A stretch of DNA of 57,912 nucleotides, filler included, from Dirinaria sp. TL-2023a (Eukaryota): NCBI GenBank assembly GCA_051941275.1. It is 6 parts of 6 records of this genome, joined end to end, with 100 filler letters (N's around TTAATTAATTAA, not from the genome) between each part and the next. Parts side by side here need not be neighbours in the genome. Positions count along the whole stretch, not along the records: positions 19,363 to 28,935 come from JAVEBF010001034.1; positions 29,036 to 38,604 come from JAVEBF010001035.1; 4 more parts are not named here. The stretch is one strand, 5' to 3'. The notes under the pieces are model-generated. The model was not told the origin of the DNA and searched no databases. It saw nothing but the letters and a program-made list of their open reading frames with translations. Below, piece after piece: positions 24,961 through 38,000 of the stretch; the first letter of the stretch is position 1, and the number at the start of each line of letters is the position of its first letter. The position numbers and the translations under genes were made by a program.

Positions 24961-25416
24961 CATTCAACGTTCCCAAAACCGGTGCGACAGCTTGGCATTG
25001 AAAAGCCACAAAAAAACGCAGACCTCCCATAGAATTTGTATGTAGAATCTGTAGAAACTTTTCGTTTGACTCACAACGCCACGAATTACTTTTATTGCGC
25101 ATCGTAGCATTGTTTTCGAAGCCGCAAATCGTCAGTATATCATGTTTTCTGATGTCGCGAGAGACTCTCGTCGTCGATACGTTCTATCGCAAAATCGATT
25201 CCGTCATCAAATCCAAATTTTCACGTCCTCTCGACGATCACTGAAAGTCTATCGACTTCAAAAATGATGCTACGGAGCGCAATAAGAGTAATTCGTGACG
25301 TTGTGGGTCAAACGAAGAGTTTTCACAGATTCTACATGCAAATTCTATGAGAGGTCTGTGTTTTTTCGTGGCTTTTCAATGCCAAGCTGTCGCAACGGTT
25401 TTGGAAACGCTAAATA
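24961..25416. mobile_element. Foldback / long-TIR non-autonomous element
   Basis: Arms 24961-25124 and 25253-25416 are imperfect reverse complements of about 164 bp each. Mismatches are mostly C/T and G/A. Confidence 0.8.
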
Positions 25417-25435
25417 CTTCATCACGCTTCCAAAG

Positions 25436-25683
25436 GTAAGACTTTGTTCCATAAATCATGCATAGAGAGGAAAAACATAACAAAAATTTCTACTGTCAGT
25501 CCCGCACACACAATTTCAGGCATACAGAATACTCGGACTGAAACTACTTCATAATTTCGATCGTATATTTTACCACGGTCAGATCTGCCGTATAGCCCCG
25601 ATTCTATCTATGGCATCGGGACTTGGCCACAATGAAAACTTCCTCTTTACCTTATGCATGACTTACGGTGCACCTAGTCTTAC
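25436..25683. mobile_element. MITE-like element, copy 2 (diverged, inverted relative to copy 1)
   Basis: Ends GTAAGA...TCTTAC. Shares TCATGCATAGAG, ACAAAAATTTC, AGTCCCGCACACACA, AGATCTGCCGT, TCGGGACTTGG and ATGAAAA with the reverse complement of 18935-19111. Confidence 0.75.
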
Positions 25684-25934
25684 CTATCTAAGGTACATTC
25701 ACAGCCCATGTGAGGTAGATGGTCCCTGCCTTTTCGGGCCATAGACTATCGCCTTTTAGGATTCTCGGTGAGACATTCAGGCTATTCCTAATCGAGCTCT
25801 TCGGTGAGCCTCGATATAGCGTGAGGCTACAAGATATAAATATCTCCAATGGTCTCAGTGTCCTGTCTCTGATAATTACGATTGACTTTCCAATCCTACT
25901 TCGATTTATCTACTACGAAAGCTAAATTTACGTC

Positions 25935-28078
25935 ATGGATGAACTCGACGACACCTTTTTCTCACCAGAAGCTTTGCGGCTTCTACAGCCCAGGGATAGT
26001 TCTTTAGATGGGCAGCAACTAGAATTGGCTGGCTTGTGGGGAACGTCGAGTATTGGCCCGACATGCGACAATCATGGCAGTGCTGCCGCTGCCCTTGAAG
26101 CCCAGAAAAGGGCACCACGCTCACGGAAAAGAGCAGCTCCTGGATACTCAATGTTTCCTGCCACAGCTGATCGAGGCCCAAGCCGCAAGCGTGCAAAATT
26201 GGAGGATCCGAAACGCCGAGCTGAAGTAGCCCAGGTGCGCAAAGAAGGGGCCTGCCTGAGATGTCGCTGGAACAAAAGTTCTGTACGTTAGATCCTACTG
26301 TCTTATATGTTCTGTTTATAGTAGCTCATGTTCGTCTAGTGTTCCGGTATGCGGCCATGCATGTCATGTATTTCCTGCTGGGTGTCACTCAATGCTCGAT
26401 CTTCCAAATCACGATGGATGAATTGTGTACCCTTCTCTTGGAAAGATGTCAATATATACGCGCTCAGTATTGCTGTCCTTCCATCAGCATGCTTTATACA
26501 CTGACAGCTCTAGATTGCGTTCATGAAGATTATGACATTATTCTGCAATCTGGTTTCCTACTCATCAGTGAGCATATTGAATTAGACTTCAACGAACTAG
26601 TCAAATGGGATATCGACGCTTTATCAATAGACTTTGCAACATGGATGGCGGTCGATAACGTCAGCTCAGCAGCGACAAGCCGAGTAGGCATCCTCTCGAG
26701 CGTGGAGTGTCAGGGACTCCTCCTTAAGTACCTTGACGATGATCTCTGTACCAGTTTCAGACTTCTGATCAAGGCATCTTCGCTCCTCTACAACCACACG
26801 GATCATCCACACCCGCAATATGATCATGAGCAATTGGATCTCATAAGAGCATCGGCTGGTGCTAAATTGTTGGTGTCCCTCGAGACTGCTTTGAAGAATA
26901 CTGTATTAGCAAAGGCTTCGAAGGAGAAGCTCATGAGCCTATTCTTGGTCCTTCTCGGCGCGATTATTGCAATTACATACACACCTGCGACAGGATTTGA
27001 AGAAGCTCGATACGAACTTCTGCGAATCATGGCCCACCACATGATCTTTATCGCGGAAAGAATCGACCTTGTGGATTGCGACGCGACCAAAAACAGACTT
27101 ACAGCAAGCTGCCACAACTTATGGGATAAGACCGGCGGCTTTGACTGGAATTACACTGTTGATTGGTTGGTCGAAGGAGTAAAAATCGGCGTATCTCCTG
27201 AAGTGAGTCAACATTCTTGCGGACTTTCATCGGTCGCGACTATGATCATGAAAGAAGTTCGAGCTTTGTTTCTAACTAAAATTGGGCACCAGATGGGAAA
27301 TCCCCCAGTAGATACATCATGCAGCCCGCGTAACCAAGTCGGTCCAGCTCTTGAGGCGTTGCCGCAATCAGCCGTAGCTTTATCGCCATCTTATACTTGG
27401 CTTGGAAATGTCGATGCAGAACATAGCGGCTCATCAGCAGCCGTGGGATTGGTTGTTTGTCCTCTGTGCAACGGGTGTTTACCCTCAGATCAGATATGTT
27501 CAACTTGCTTCGGGCCATTTTCATCTACGGCTGCCTACGATGATGCAACACTGCAAGACATTTTCGTTACCAGAGGTTGCTGTATGGCCGGGTGTGTTGA
27601 TACGTCGACCCCAGAAGTACCGGCGAGTGACAGTCTGCATCAACTGGATTCTGGCAGCAGGAGTCTTCCAGCCCCAAGAGAGATTTCCAGGTTAAGAACG
27701 CCTACAAAAAAGGATGACCCAACCGACGGTGACCATAAGTCTGATCAAAGTGATTTCACCAGGCGAAAACGTACGAAACGAAAATGGTCCGATCAAAGCA
27801 GCAGAATAAACAACAAGCTAAGCGACGTCGTGCGCCAGTCACCACAGCAGAAAAAGAAAACTTCCAAGCAGCCAGGAGAAAGAAGGCTTCCCTTGCAGAA
27901 CAAAGCTCCATTTAAGAACAGTGGCAGCGCTGCAACACAAATCGCTTGCAGCTCATGTGTCCGCGTCCAACATCCAAATTTTGTCGTACAGGAACAGGAT
28001 TTCTGGTACTGCTCCCATTGTCACGTTGGCCCGCTATGGTATGGGTACGAGTACAATATGGGGAGGGCTCTAGTCTAA
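25935..28078 (+). CDS. Zn(II)2Cys6-like domain protein with additional Cys clusters, multi-exon
   Basis: KRRAEVAQVRKEGACLRCRWNKSS/CSGMRPCMSC after intron 26283-26339. Second intron at about 26468-26512. Later motifs CPLC..CSTC, CSSC and WYCSHC. Confidence 0.75.
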
Positions 28079-28497
28079 ATTAGTAATCTCAATGACTCCC
28101 CTTTACAGCTCGAAAATTCCTGTTTCGACTACCGCCTCACTGATAGATGGCAGCGGGGGTATCTGACTGTTGAAGACTCGAGGATACAGGATCGGCAGGT
28201 CCGGTTCATCAGCAGCAGGAGGCGGATACTGGATATACCCTCTTTTCTTACCGTGTTCGAGTTGCTGCCTCTCATATACCTCAGAGATACCCTCTATATC
28301 CATAAGAAACATGAGAATACGACTCGATGCTTCATAACACAGACGATCCTTTCTTTTCCCCCCTTAGAATCTTCATCTGAATCATAGAAATAAATGCCGT
28401 CTTGTACCACCACCTTCCTTAAACCCGCGTCTTAATTTGTCTCCCCCACGTATGTATCGAGAATTATATCCTGTTGGAAATAGCATTGACTGTTGGA

Positions 28498-28599
28498 AAT
28501 CTATCTGAGGTCATAACCAGGTGCCTATATAGGCATTAGGTGTTTGCCTACCTAGTTGCCAAAATGACAAAGATAATGAAAGAAATCAAAGAAATCCAT
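28498..28599 (+). repeat. Dispersed repeat, homologous to 39920-40016 (inverted)
   Basis: Shared blocks AATCTATCT, GGTGTTTGCCTAC and ATAATGAAAGAAATC(A/G)AAGAAATCCAT. Confidence 0.7.
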
Positions 28600-28935
28600 C
28601 TAGCATGCAAACATCATGCAACCTATGGTAAGGATGATTTCCAACATATCCTAGAAGCACGCCACTCCTAAACCGCGAGAAAGAGCCTGCTGAACTCCAA
28701 TCGAGCTAACAGAAACTTCTCTTTGTATTAAAGCAAGGGCTTTCATTTCTGATCACATGCATCTAAATACAACCCCGCCCCCATTCTTCTTCCCCTGTTT
28801 AAGATTCATAGTAACATATCCCCAATCCTTAATCTCAACGAAATCCCACCCTTCCATACAAAACCCATCTCTTACCAGAGCGCCCATATCCAATAAAACC
28901 AACCCTTCCACATACACTATCCAGCAGTTCACCGA

Positions 28936-29035
28936 NNNNNNNNNNNNNNNNNNNNNNNNNNNNNNNNNNNNNNNNNNNNTTAATTAATTAANNNNNNNNN
29001 NNNNNNNNNNNNNNNNNNNNNNNNNNNNNNNNNNN
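28936..29035. other. Artificial contig linker
   Basis: N44-TTAATTAATTAA-N44. Confidence 0.98.
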
Positions 29036-32000
29036 ATTTACTCTCCGCGCCCCCGGCGCCCATGATGCCCATCGTATGATGCCTCTTCAAAGGCGGCGGG
29101 CCCATTCCTCCTCCACCATTCACACTCTTGCTCAGATCTACAGTAGCTGCTGCAGCGTCACTTCCTTCCTTTTCGGCCTTGGTATTATTACTATTAGTAT
29201 TGCCTGAGGTGGCCGCGAGCGCGGGATCGCTGTGGCGCGCTACGGAAGAGGAGCCGAGCGCGACATTCATGTCGAGTTCGCGCAGGCCGGACGTAGGGCG
29301 TGCAGGGTCTTTGACTGGTGATGCTGGAGCGCTGGCTGTGGTTGGGATGGCGTCGGTGTAGACGAGGGATTTGGTTGGGGAGGTGGAAGATGAGGGGGGT
29401 TGGCGGAGGGAATGCTTGATGAGGAGCTTTTCGTGGGACTCTGTGCGTGGGAGCGTGGTTGAGTAGTGGTACTGGGTCTTCTGCGGGGTTTCGCCTGTGG
29501 GGCAGTATTCTTTCAGATCGGCGTTGGTGACGGCGGTGCGGAGCTCCGTGAGGGGTTGTTGGATAGTTGCTGAGAGATGGGGCAGCGAGGCCCGGATTGA
29601 TGTGGTTTGCGAGGACATGTCGGAGCCGAGATCGCGGACGCGGTCAAAGGTGGAGAGGAAGTGCTCGCCGATGCTGGAATAAGATTGGTTCACTGTTGAT
29701 GCTAGGCTTTGGAGGGACTGGATGTGAGTTTCGTGATGTCGCTCATTTTGAGACCGAGCTCGAGTGACGAAATCGTCCAATGCCTGCATTTGGGTGGCCA
29801 TGTCTTTCATTTGGGCGTCGACAATCCGGATTGTCTCTTCATGGACAGATTTGGTTGTATTCTGGATTGAAGTGTTATGCTCATTGATTGACTGGAAAGA
29901 TATCGAAGTTAGCCAAAGCTATGCCGTGGGGGATGAAGGATACTCACTGTCCAATCGGTCTTCATCTTCGCCTTGAGCGCATCTCTAGAGCTAAGTACTT
30001 CGTCGACCAGTAGATTCTCCTTCTTCGACCAGACCTCCATGTCGGCGGTATACTTTTCCTCAGCTTCTTGAAGAGCAGATCTTGATTCAGTCAACTCATT
30101 TTGCACACATTTAACCTTTGACTCCATTCGAGCATATTGAGCTTCGTTAGTCTGATCAACAAGCGCTGTAATTTGCAGTAACAATGTTTTTCGATCTGCT
30201 GCTGCCTGAGAGCGTTCTTCGGCAAGGGATTTCTCCAAACGAGTCGAAGCATCCTCGTTGGCCGTTCTGGCTGCTTGAGTTGCCGAAGTAAGTCTTGCTT
30301 TCAGCTCCTCTGCCTCCGTCTTTTGCGCTCGGAGACGTTTTACGAGCTCTTCGAAAATGCTCTTGAACTCTCGGCCAAGTGAACTATAAGAAGTATGAAG
30401 TTGAGTGTGGAAGCCGCCCAATTCGTTTATCACTCCAGCGGATATACGTCCAGCAGCTGCAGATAAGCCATTCAACCCTTCACCGACTTTCGACTTGACA
30501 TCTTCCCGCAGGACTTTGATTTCTTCCAGAACTTCATTCATGTCTTGCTTAGCGCCAGAAGATTGCGTGAGCACTTCTTTCTCGGAGGTCTCAAAGGTTG
30601 AAATCTTTCCAGCTAGCATTTCTTGCGTTGCCTGAAGCTTACCTAGCTCTTCACTCACATACCCCTGCATGCGATTGGCCATGCTTGAGATAAGCTGCTC
30701 TTGCTGAGCTTGGAACCCGGTAAGCTTCGCTTCGACACTTTTGGTAACGCTCGCTACTTGTTGCTGAGAAGACTCCCAACCGGCTCGGTTGAATGTTTGC
30801 AGGTCAGAAGTCCGCTTGACCTTCGCATGGAGGCCATCAATGTCGCTCACAGTTCTTCCCAGTGTCGAGATTAGCTCACCACCCACAGTTTTCAGTTGCT
30901 CTTCCGTTCCTTGGTGAGCTTTCCGTAGCAGTGCTTCTTCGGCCAGGTTTTGTTTTGTGTCAGCCAAGACGATTTCTGTCTTCTCAAGCACGCCTTTAGT
31001 GTCGTCTAATAATTGTTTCGTCCCGTCATTCTCTTTCTTCAGCGTGGTAAAGTTGTTAGTAAGAGAAAATAGCTCCTGCACCTTGTTACGAAGGTTGGCT
31101 TCCATAGTCTCGATTTTGGCCTGTTGCTCCTCTGTAAGAATCCGCCGCGATTCGCTCTCTCCTGTAATCTCCTCGTAGGTTTCACTGGTCAAATAGACAC
31201 CGTTTCGCTGCCTAGCCGCTATGAGCTCGCCTTTCAGCTTTTCAATTTCAGAAGTGAAATCTTTGAGCAAGGTCTTCTTTGATATTGTCTGATTTACTTG
31301 AGGCTTGTTCTTGATGTTTTTCGCCCTGAACGCATAATCGAGAGTCGAAATCGTTTCTTCCAAGTTACTTTTGGCAGGAGATATAGTCGCAATGATACAG
31401 GTTTTGGTCCTACCACCCAAGGAATCCTGCAGCAGACGGGTGAGCTTTGACTCTCGGTAGGGGATGTGCGATCCTCTCTCCACCAGGGCGTTGATTACGC
31501 GGCCAAGGGTAAGTAGACTCTTGTTGATCAATCCTGCTTCAGCAGCACGCTTACTTTCAGCTCCACTACGCTGTATGTTCTCGCTACCCGCAAGGTCGAC
31601 CAGGTTGAGCTTCCCTGCGCTGACGAAATCTTCTCCATTATCTGCCGTTCGCTTGATGTAAACCGTGACCGTAAAGACTGTATGGCTCCGAGAACTCAGA
31701 TCATTGCACTTTGTCGCTGCCACTTGTCGCTTGTGGCTGCCATCCTGCAAAAGTTTGATTCCGGCACCTGCGTTCTTTATATGTGACTCCTCCATTCCTT
31801 GAACGATCGTGGCACTATGACCCTTTTTCTGGGCATCCTCAAAAATTTTAAGCTTCGTGTTCTCCTCTACGGCTAGAAGGTCGCGCAGCTCTTCGTTATA
31901 TAACTCAATAAAAGAGCATTTGACCGAGCTCTCAGCCTCATCGGCTTCAAGCTTTGCGAACAGTGAATGAAGAGCTCTAGGTATTATACCAGCAGAGTCG

Positions 32001-32639
32001 GACAGGAGTCCAAGCGTATCCGACATGTCCCCTGACATAGTATACGTTTTACCGGTGCCTGTTTGGCCGTAGGCGAAGATTGTACAATTGTATCCTTGTA
32101 GCATCTGGAAAAAAAATGAGCGTCATGCGGAACTGATGTATAATGGAACCTACTTCGTCAAGAATAGGTGTTACCACATCGTCATAGATCATGGCTTGGT
32201 CCGCAGCAGGAGAGAAAACTTTGTCGAAGTGGTATGTCTTGTTGCTTAGAGCGCTCGCGCCCATTGACAATTCCACGTTTTTACCACGCACTCCATCTGT
32301 GGACACGACGACGCCACTGTTTTCACGCACTTCTCGGTCATTGCGTCCTCGACACCGGACGACCACATGAATATTGGTCTCCTCCGCCGCCCCATCAGCG
32401 TCAAAATCTCGTTGCTTGCGCTTCACTCCGCCATGTTGTCGGGCAGGGGATCTTGATTGCGAAATGCTTGTCGATGATGATACAAGACTGTCAGCTGGTG
32501 ATATTGCACCTGACTGCGTCCGGGTATTGAGCAACGGTGCAGTAGAATGAGACCTCGCTGTCGACGGTCTTGGCAGAGGAGCACGCGTCATTTGCTTCTT
32601 CATGGGAGCGCCAGATCCAGGCCGTGGAAGGCTTGCCAT
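29036..32639 (-). CDS. bimC: Kinesin-5 (BimC/Cut7/Kip1 family), 3' end truncated by contig end
   Basis: NIHVVVRCR, P-loop GQTGTGKT, SSRSH, LVDLAGSE, HIPYRESKLTRLL, long coiled coil, and BimC-box TGETPQK. Introns at 32105-32153 and 29892-29947. Confidence 0.96.
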
Positions 32640-33044
32640 AGCTGTCGGAGGCTTTCCAGACAAGAGTAAATTCAAATGTGATAGACTTGCAATGTTTAAT
32701 GTTTAGAGTAGGCGTAAACAAAGCGGATCATTATTATTCCGAAAATAGTACCGAGCCGCTAGCCTTATGCAGCTGTGCAGCCGCCGAGGCGATTTTCACC
32801 TCATCTTACCTAGGGATTGCGCACGCGTGTAGAGCATGTGATTCCTAAAGCTACTGTCGAGCTTGTGCTTGTGAGCAAAGGAACTCTTCGATTATAACTC
32901 CTAGTAATACTCCGTACTGTATGGATCAGCTAATTTCATCTTCCCCTCGCCTGAGGAAAGTGAAGCCAACCATCATTACGATGTCTGAATAGGCTGGTTA
33001 TCTCTCGCGAAGTCTGTGAGAGTCTGACGTTGTCCAATCCTGAA

Positions 33045-34654
33045 ATGCAGAAAATGCTCACCTTACAGGTCTATCCTGGTAAAGGCCTGGGTTTTTTGAG
33101 TATGTAGTGAAAGTTGAACCCACTATCCTATATCTTCGCTAACAAGGACCAGCTCTAGGCTCTTCGCTGCACGATGTCCTCACACGTCTCAAGTCACAGC
33201 CGCAAACCTACCCAAACATAGATATTTCATATTCACCTCGGCGGCCCCTTGAAGCGCCTGTAGTGTTGACTCTGCCTATGAATGGGTTCCGGCTACGGTT
33301 CGATGGTCCTGAGCAACGGCTTAGACTCATAGAGATTGTCGATTTCAGAAAGACATCACTGACCTACAAGAATGTGGACTTCGTCAAGCTTTCCGACGGC
33401 CAACCGGTCGTAGCAGATCCATCAAGGTCGCAAGCTTCTGGGCCTGGTTTTCGACATGTTTACAACATGATGGGCCCTACCTTCCCAGGAGAATATGTGC
33501 CACCCGGAACCCGGTCAGCGTCCGATATTGGCCTTTACATCCTCTCTTATCCTGGTATAGCTTTCACGTTCCCGTTACAAAACTCAGCGTGGAGCCCTAA
33601 CAAGGACCATGTCTCGTTGCTCTCGTCCTCTGCCGCTCAGGTAGTAAAGTCTTTTGCTATATTCGATGGCCCATCATGGCAGGCCACACGGCAATCTTTG
33701 TTTGAACGTGACGGTCCCGGGATTCAATCGCCCACATCCCCGTATCGTAGCAAAGATTATCGAGCGGATGAGGTCAAAGTCGTCCGAATCCTGGGAAATG
33801 GGAAGCTAGAAGTGATACGTCGTTCTTCACCGCCTTTTCATATTAAATTGAGCGAGACAACTGCACAAGACCTTGTCACAGAGTTGGGCCCGCCTGATGC
33901 AATCTACCGCAAGAATGATCGCAGGCTGTCTATACACAGATCTGGTAGGCCGTCCAGCAAGCAGCGTCAAAATCTCAGTAGTTCCCCAGACGAAGACTTG
34001 ACGGATACAGACAAGTCATCTATGAGCACTACTACGGACGAATCCGATATTGGCGACGACTCGCCTGGAACTTTAGGTGAGAAAAGGGACGATGGCTTTG
34101 TTGAGTGCTTCTACAATTATTTTTATCACGGACTTGACATCTTCATGTCATACCCGACAACATCATCCCCTCCATTTCCAACTTCTGCCATAGCCAAAGC
34201 CGAGCACCAACGCATTCATGGACCAGACTATCTCGTTGCGACTAAAGTGCTGCTGCATGGCAACGTGCCTGGATCCTACCCTTTCAATCGATATCGCCGG
34301 GTTAGGTGGGAAATCGACAGTGGCGATCCGGAGCCTGAGCAGCGTAACCTGGATTCCGAAAGCTCTTTCACAGCCTTGTCCGAGTCTCTCCAGCGCATAT
34401 GGGAAGGCCAATGCGGAAGTGAGAGCGAGGAGCTGTCTTTGCGCAAAGGAATGGTTCTCAACAGAGGCTGGGGAGATAGCCCGGGAAGCAGCTGTGAGCT
34501 TTTGGGAGGCTGGGAAGAAAGCGCCGACACCCAACGGAAAGAAAACAATGCTATGGAAGGTCCAGGTTCCGGAAATACTGAGCTCTTCGGATTTCCGGGG
34601 CTGATTTTCGAGGTGCTGAGGAACAAGGCTGTCAGCTGCTTAACAGTCTACTAG
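33045..34654 (+). CDS. UPF0183 / PHAF1 (C16orf70-like) family protein
   Basis: YPGKGLGFL/TLGSSLHDVL..LRFDGPEQRLRLIE, GPTFPGEY, QDLVTELGPPD, FYNYFYHGLDI, KVLLHGNVPGSYPFNRYRR and TELFGFPGLIFEV. Intron at 33100-33152. Confidence 0.88.
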
Positions 34655-35072
34655 TCTTAGAGATCACTGTATGGAAATGTACATAGTAGAAGGGTTTTCG
34701 TTTTGACTTTATGATACCCCAAGGCTCCCCCCGATCGATGCCTTTTATGTGTTAGGTTAGTGTAGAGCAAGTCAGACCCAGTGGGCAGCTGAAGAAACAT
34801 AATATCACATTTACCACAGAGATTAGACTCTCAATCTGTATTGCGGAGCAAATGGAATCACATGTCGATTGCAATCCTCCACATAGACATCTGTTATTCA
34901 ATTGCAGCGGAGATAGAATGAATACAGTAGATCTCAGGCGGAAAATGAAGCCTCGGGTGATGGTTCAAGCAGTCACGGCAACTCAGTCTCGGCAGTCCTG
35001 CAGAAACCAGAGGTGACTTAAGGTATCATATGTCAACCACGACCACCATAACAGGCATGTATCAAACGTAGT

Positions 35073-38000
35073 ATGCCCGGCTCAGCCCGCATCATACCCA
35101 AATCTTGGTCATCTACGCTATTACTTCCCAATTCACCGTTTCCACCCCGGGCACTGCCTGCCGACCGTCCCAAATACCTTCAGAAATGCACAGACGACCT
35201 TTACGCATGGCAGCGCAAACGTCGCACTGGTCCCACCTTCACCCTTCATGACGGACCTCCCTACGCGAATGGAAATTTGCATGTTGGTCACGCTCTCAAT
35301 AAAATCCTAAAAGATGTCCTCTGCAGATACAAGCTGAGCCAAGGTTACAAGATCGACTACGTACCAGGCTGGGATTGCCATGGACTTCCAATCGAGCAAA
35401 AAGCTATTGAACAGTATGCCGAACAGAGGCCTGGAAGTGAACGTCGAAAGCTGGACGCAGTGAGCATCAGGAATGCCGCTCGAGCATTGGCGAGTACCGC
35501 GGTCGAAGAACAGAAGCGGGCATTCCGAGGATGGGGTATCATGGCAGACTGGGGCAACGCTTGGAAGACAATGGATAGAGGTTTTGAATTGAAGCAGCTT
35601 GGAGTGTTTAAGGTATTGGTCAAGAAGGGTCTCATCTACCGAAGATTCAAACCTGTGTATTGGTCGCCTTCATCATGCACCGCGTTGGCGGAGGCGGAGC
35701 TTGAGTACAGGGACGACCACGTCTCTACCGCGGCATTTGTCAAGTTCGTGCTCCAAAGCCTTCCAGTCACCCTCAAGCGGTTTGCGTCGAGGAAGATTAA
35801 TGCCATCATCTGGACAACTACTCCATGGACCTTGCCAGCAAACAAAGCGATCGGGGTCCACTCGGATCTGCAATATTTGCTTGCGGAATCTCCCACTCAT
35901 GGGCTTCTTCTACTTGCATCTTCTAGGCTCGACGATATACAAAAGGCGTGTGGGCACACTCTCGACATAGTACATAGTTTCCTCGGCAGCGAGTTGACTG
36001 GCGCTACATACATAGACGGTGCTTTCAGGAACGATACCCGGCCTATTCTCCATGCCGAATTTGTTGCATCAGATTCTGGCTCTGGATTAGTTCATCTTGC
36101 ACCAGGTCATGGTGCGGATGACTATCAATTGTGTCTCAGGCACGGCATTGATGCATTCGCTCCACTTGATGATCAAGGCCAATTCACAAGAGACGCATCT
36201 CCAAGGGATCCTGAGTTGCTACTCGGGAAAGAAGTCTTACGATCAGGGAACCAGAGTGTGCTTGATTATCTTCGGAAATCGAATTTACTTCTCTCGTCGC
36301 ACAAATACAAGCATAAATACCCATATGATTGGCGATCGAAGCAGCCGGTCATAATTCGCGCAACCGAGCAGTGGTTCGCTGATGTCGGTGTGATCAGAGG
36401 CAATGCTCTTAATTCGCTTGATACTGTCACATTTATCCCTGAAGGAGGTAGGGATCGGCTCAGTACCTTTGTGAGGAATCGCTCCGAGTGGTGTATTTCT
36501 CGACAACGTGCGTGGGGAGTGCCAATCCCTGCGCTGTACAATGAGGAGACTGGAAGAGCGCTCCTGGACGAAACCAGTATCTCGCACATTATGGGCGTGA
36601 TTGAGGACCGTGGGATCGACGCTTGGTGGACCGACGATAACTCAGATCCTGTGTGGACCCCACCGCATTTGAGAAGTAGTGACGGCTCAACATTATACCA
36701 CAGAGGCAGGGATACCATGGATGTTTGGTTTGACAGTGGGACAAGTTGGACACAACTCAGCACATCTAACGATTATGGGAAACAATGTATTGCTGATATC
36801 TATCTGGAAGGTTCTGATCAGCATCGGGGTTGGTTTCAATCGAGCCTGCTCACACGTATCGCCTGTGGAGGACCCGGCGAGGGCTCTGTGGTTGGTGATG
36901 CTCCCTTCAAGACCCTGATCACGCATGGATTCACGTTAGACCAACACAGTCGAAAAATGAGTAAGTCTATTGGGAATGTTATTTCACCAGACCAAATAAT
37001 GGATGGGACCTTGCTTCCGCTGCTGAAGCAGAAAATCAGGGGTAGCAAGGGAGGTGCCACACCAGAGAAGCGAGCGTTTCATGATGCCCAAGGCCCAGAT
37101 ATTCTGCGATTGTGGGCCGCAAGCTGCGACTACAAGAACGATGTGATTTTAAGTCAGACTGTCCTCAAAGCGATCAATGGCACTCTATCGAAATACAGGG
37201 TCACATTTAAGCTGCTGTTAGGCCTGCTGAACGGTTTCTGCCCCGCTAATATCAGCGCATCTTCCGATCAACTCGACACCGTCCATCAGATTGCTCTCAT
37301 CCATCTAAGTAAGACATTCACTAAGGTCCTTGATCACTACAATCAGTTTGAATTCAATCGGGCCGCCCAAGAGATTAATAGATACATCAATACTGACCTT
37401 TCGTCTTTCTACCTGGAGAGCATCAAAGATACGATCTACGCCGATGGTCTTCGGAGCGCTAGCCGAGCTCAAGTACAGCTCGTTCTATTACAAACCTACA
37501 TCGACCTTCAGACTATGCTGTACCCTATCGTACCTCTGCTGGTGGAAGAGGCCCTGGACTATACCTCAGACCAGATCAAAGATTTTTGCGCACATCCTAT
37601 GAAGCGGGCAAACGTAAGGGATGACCCGATCATTAGGACAGTGAGTAATTCATCTCTTGAAGACCAGCTACCAAGCTTTCAGCGCATCAATTCTGCGGTC
37701 AAAAGTGCTCAGGAGCTCGCAAGGGCTGACAAGAAGATGGGGTCTTCCCTCCAGAGCCAAGTCATGTTCCAGATTGTCCAAGAACCGAATGACACTGAAA
37801 AAGCTGCAGCTAGCTTTCTCCATCGCTATCAAGTCGAGCTGGAGACAATGCTGGTGGTTTCAGGTGTTGATCATTGCTACGACCCCCTACCTAAAACCGT
37901 GGCTGAGGCCGAATGGTCTTACAGGTCTGACTTCGAGCTTGACGGTTCCCACCTTTCTGCCTATGTGTACACCCCTCAAATGGGTAAATGCGTTCGGTGT

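Noticed and set aside
28103..28312. 69-aa minus-strand ORF convergent with the Zn-cluster gene
   Set aside because: Could be a gene remnant, but no motif or upstream exon could be supported.
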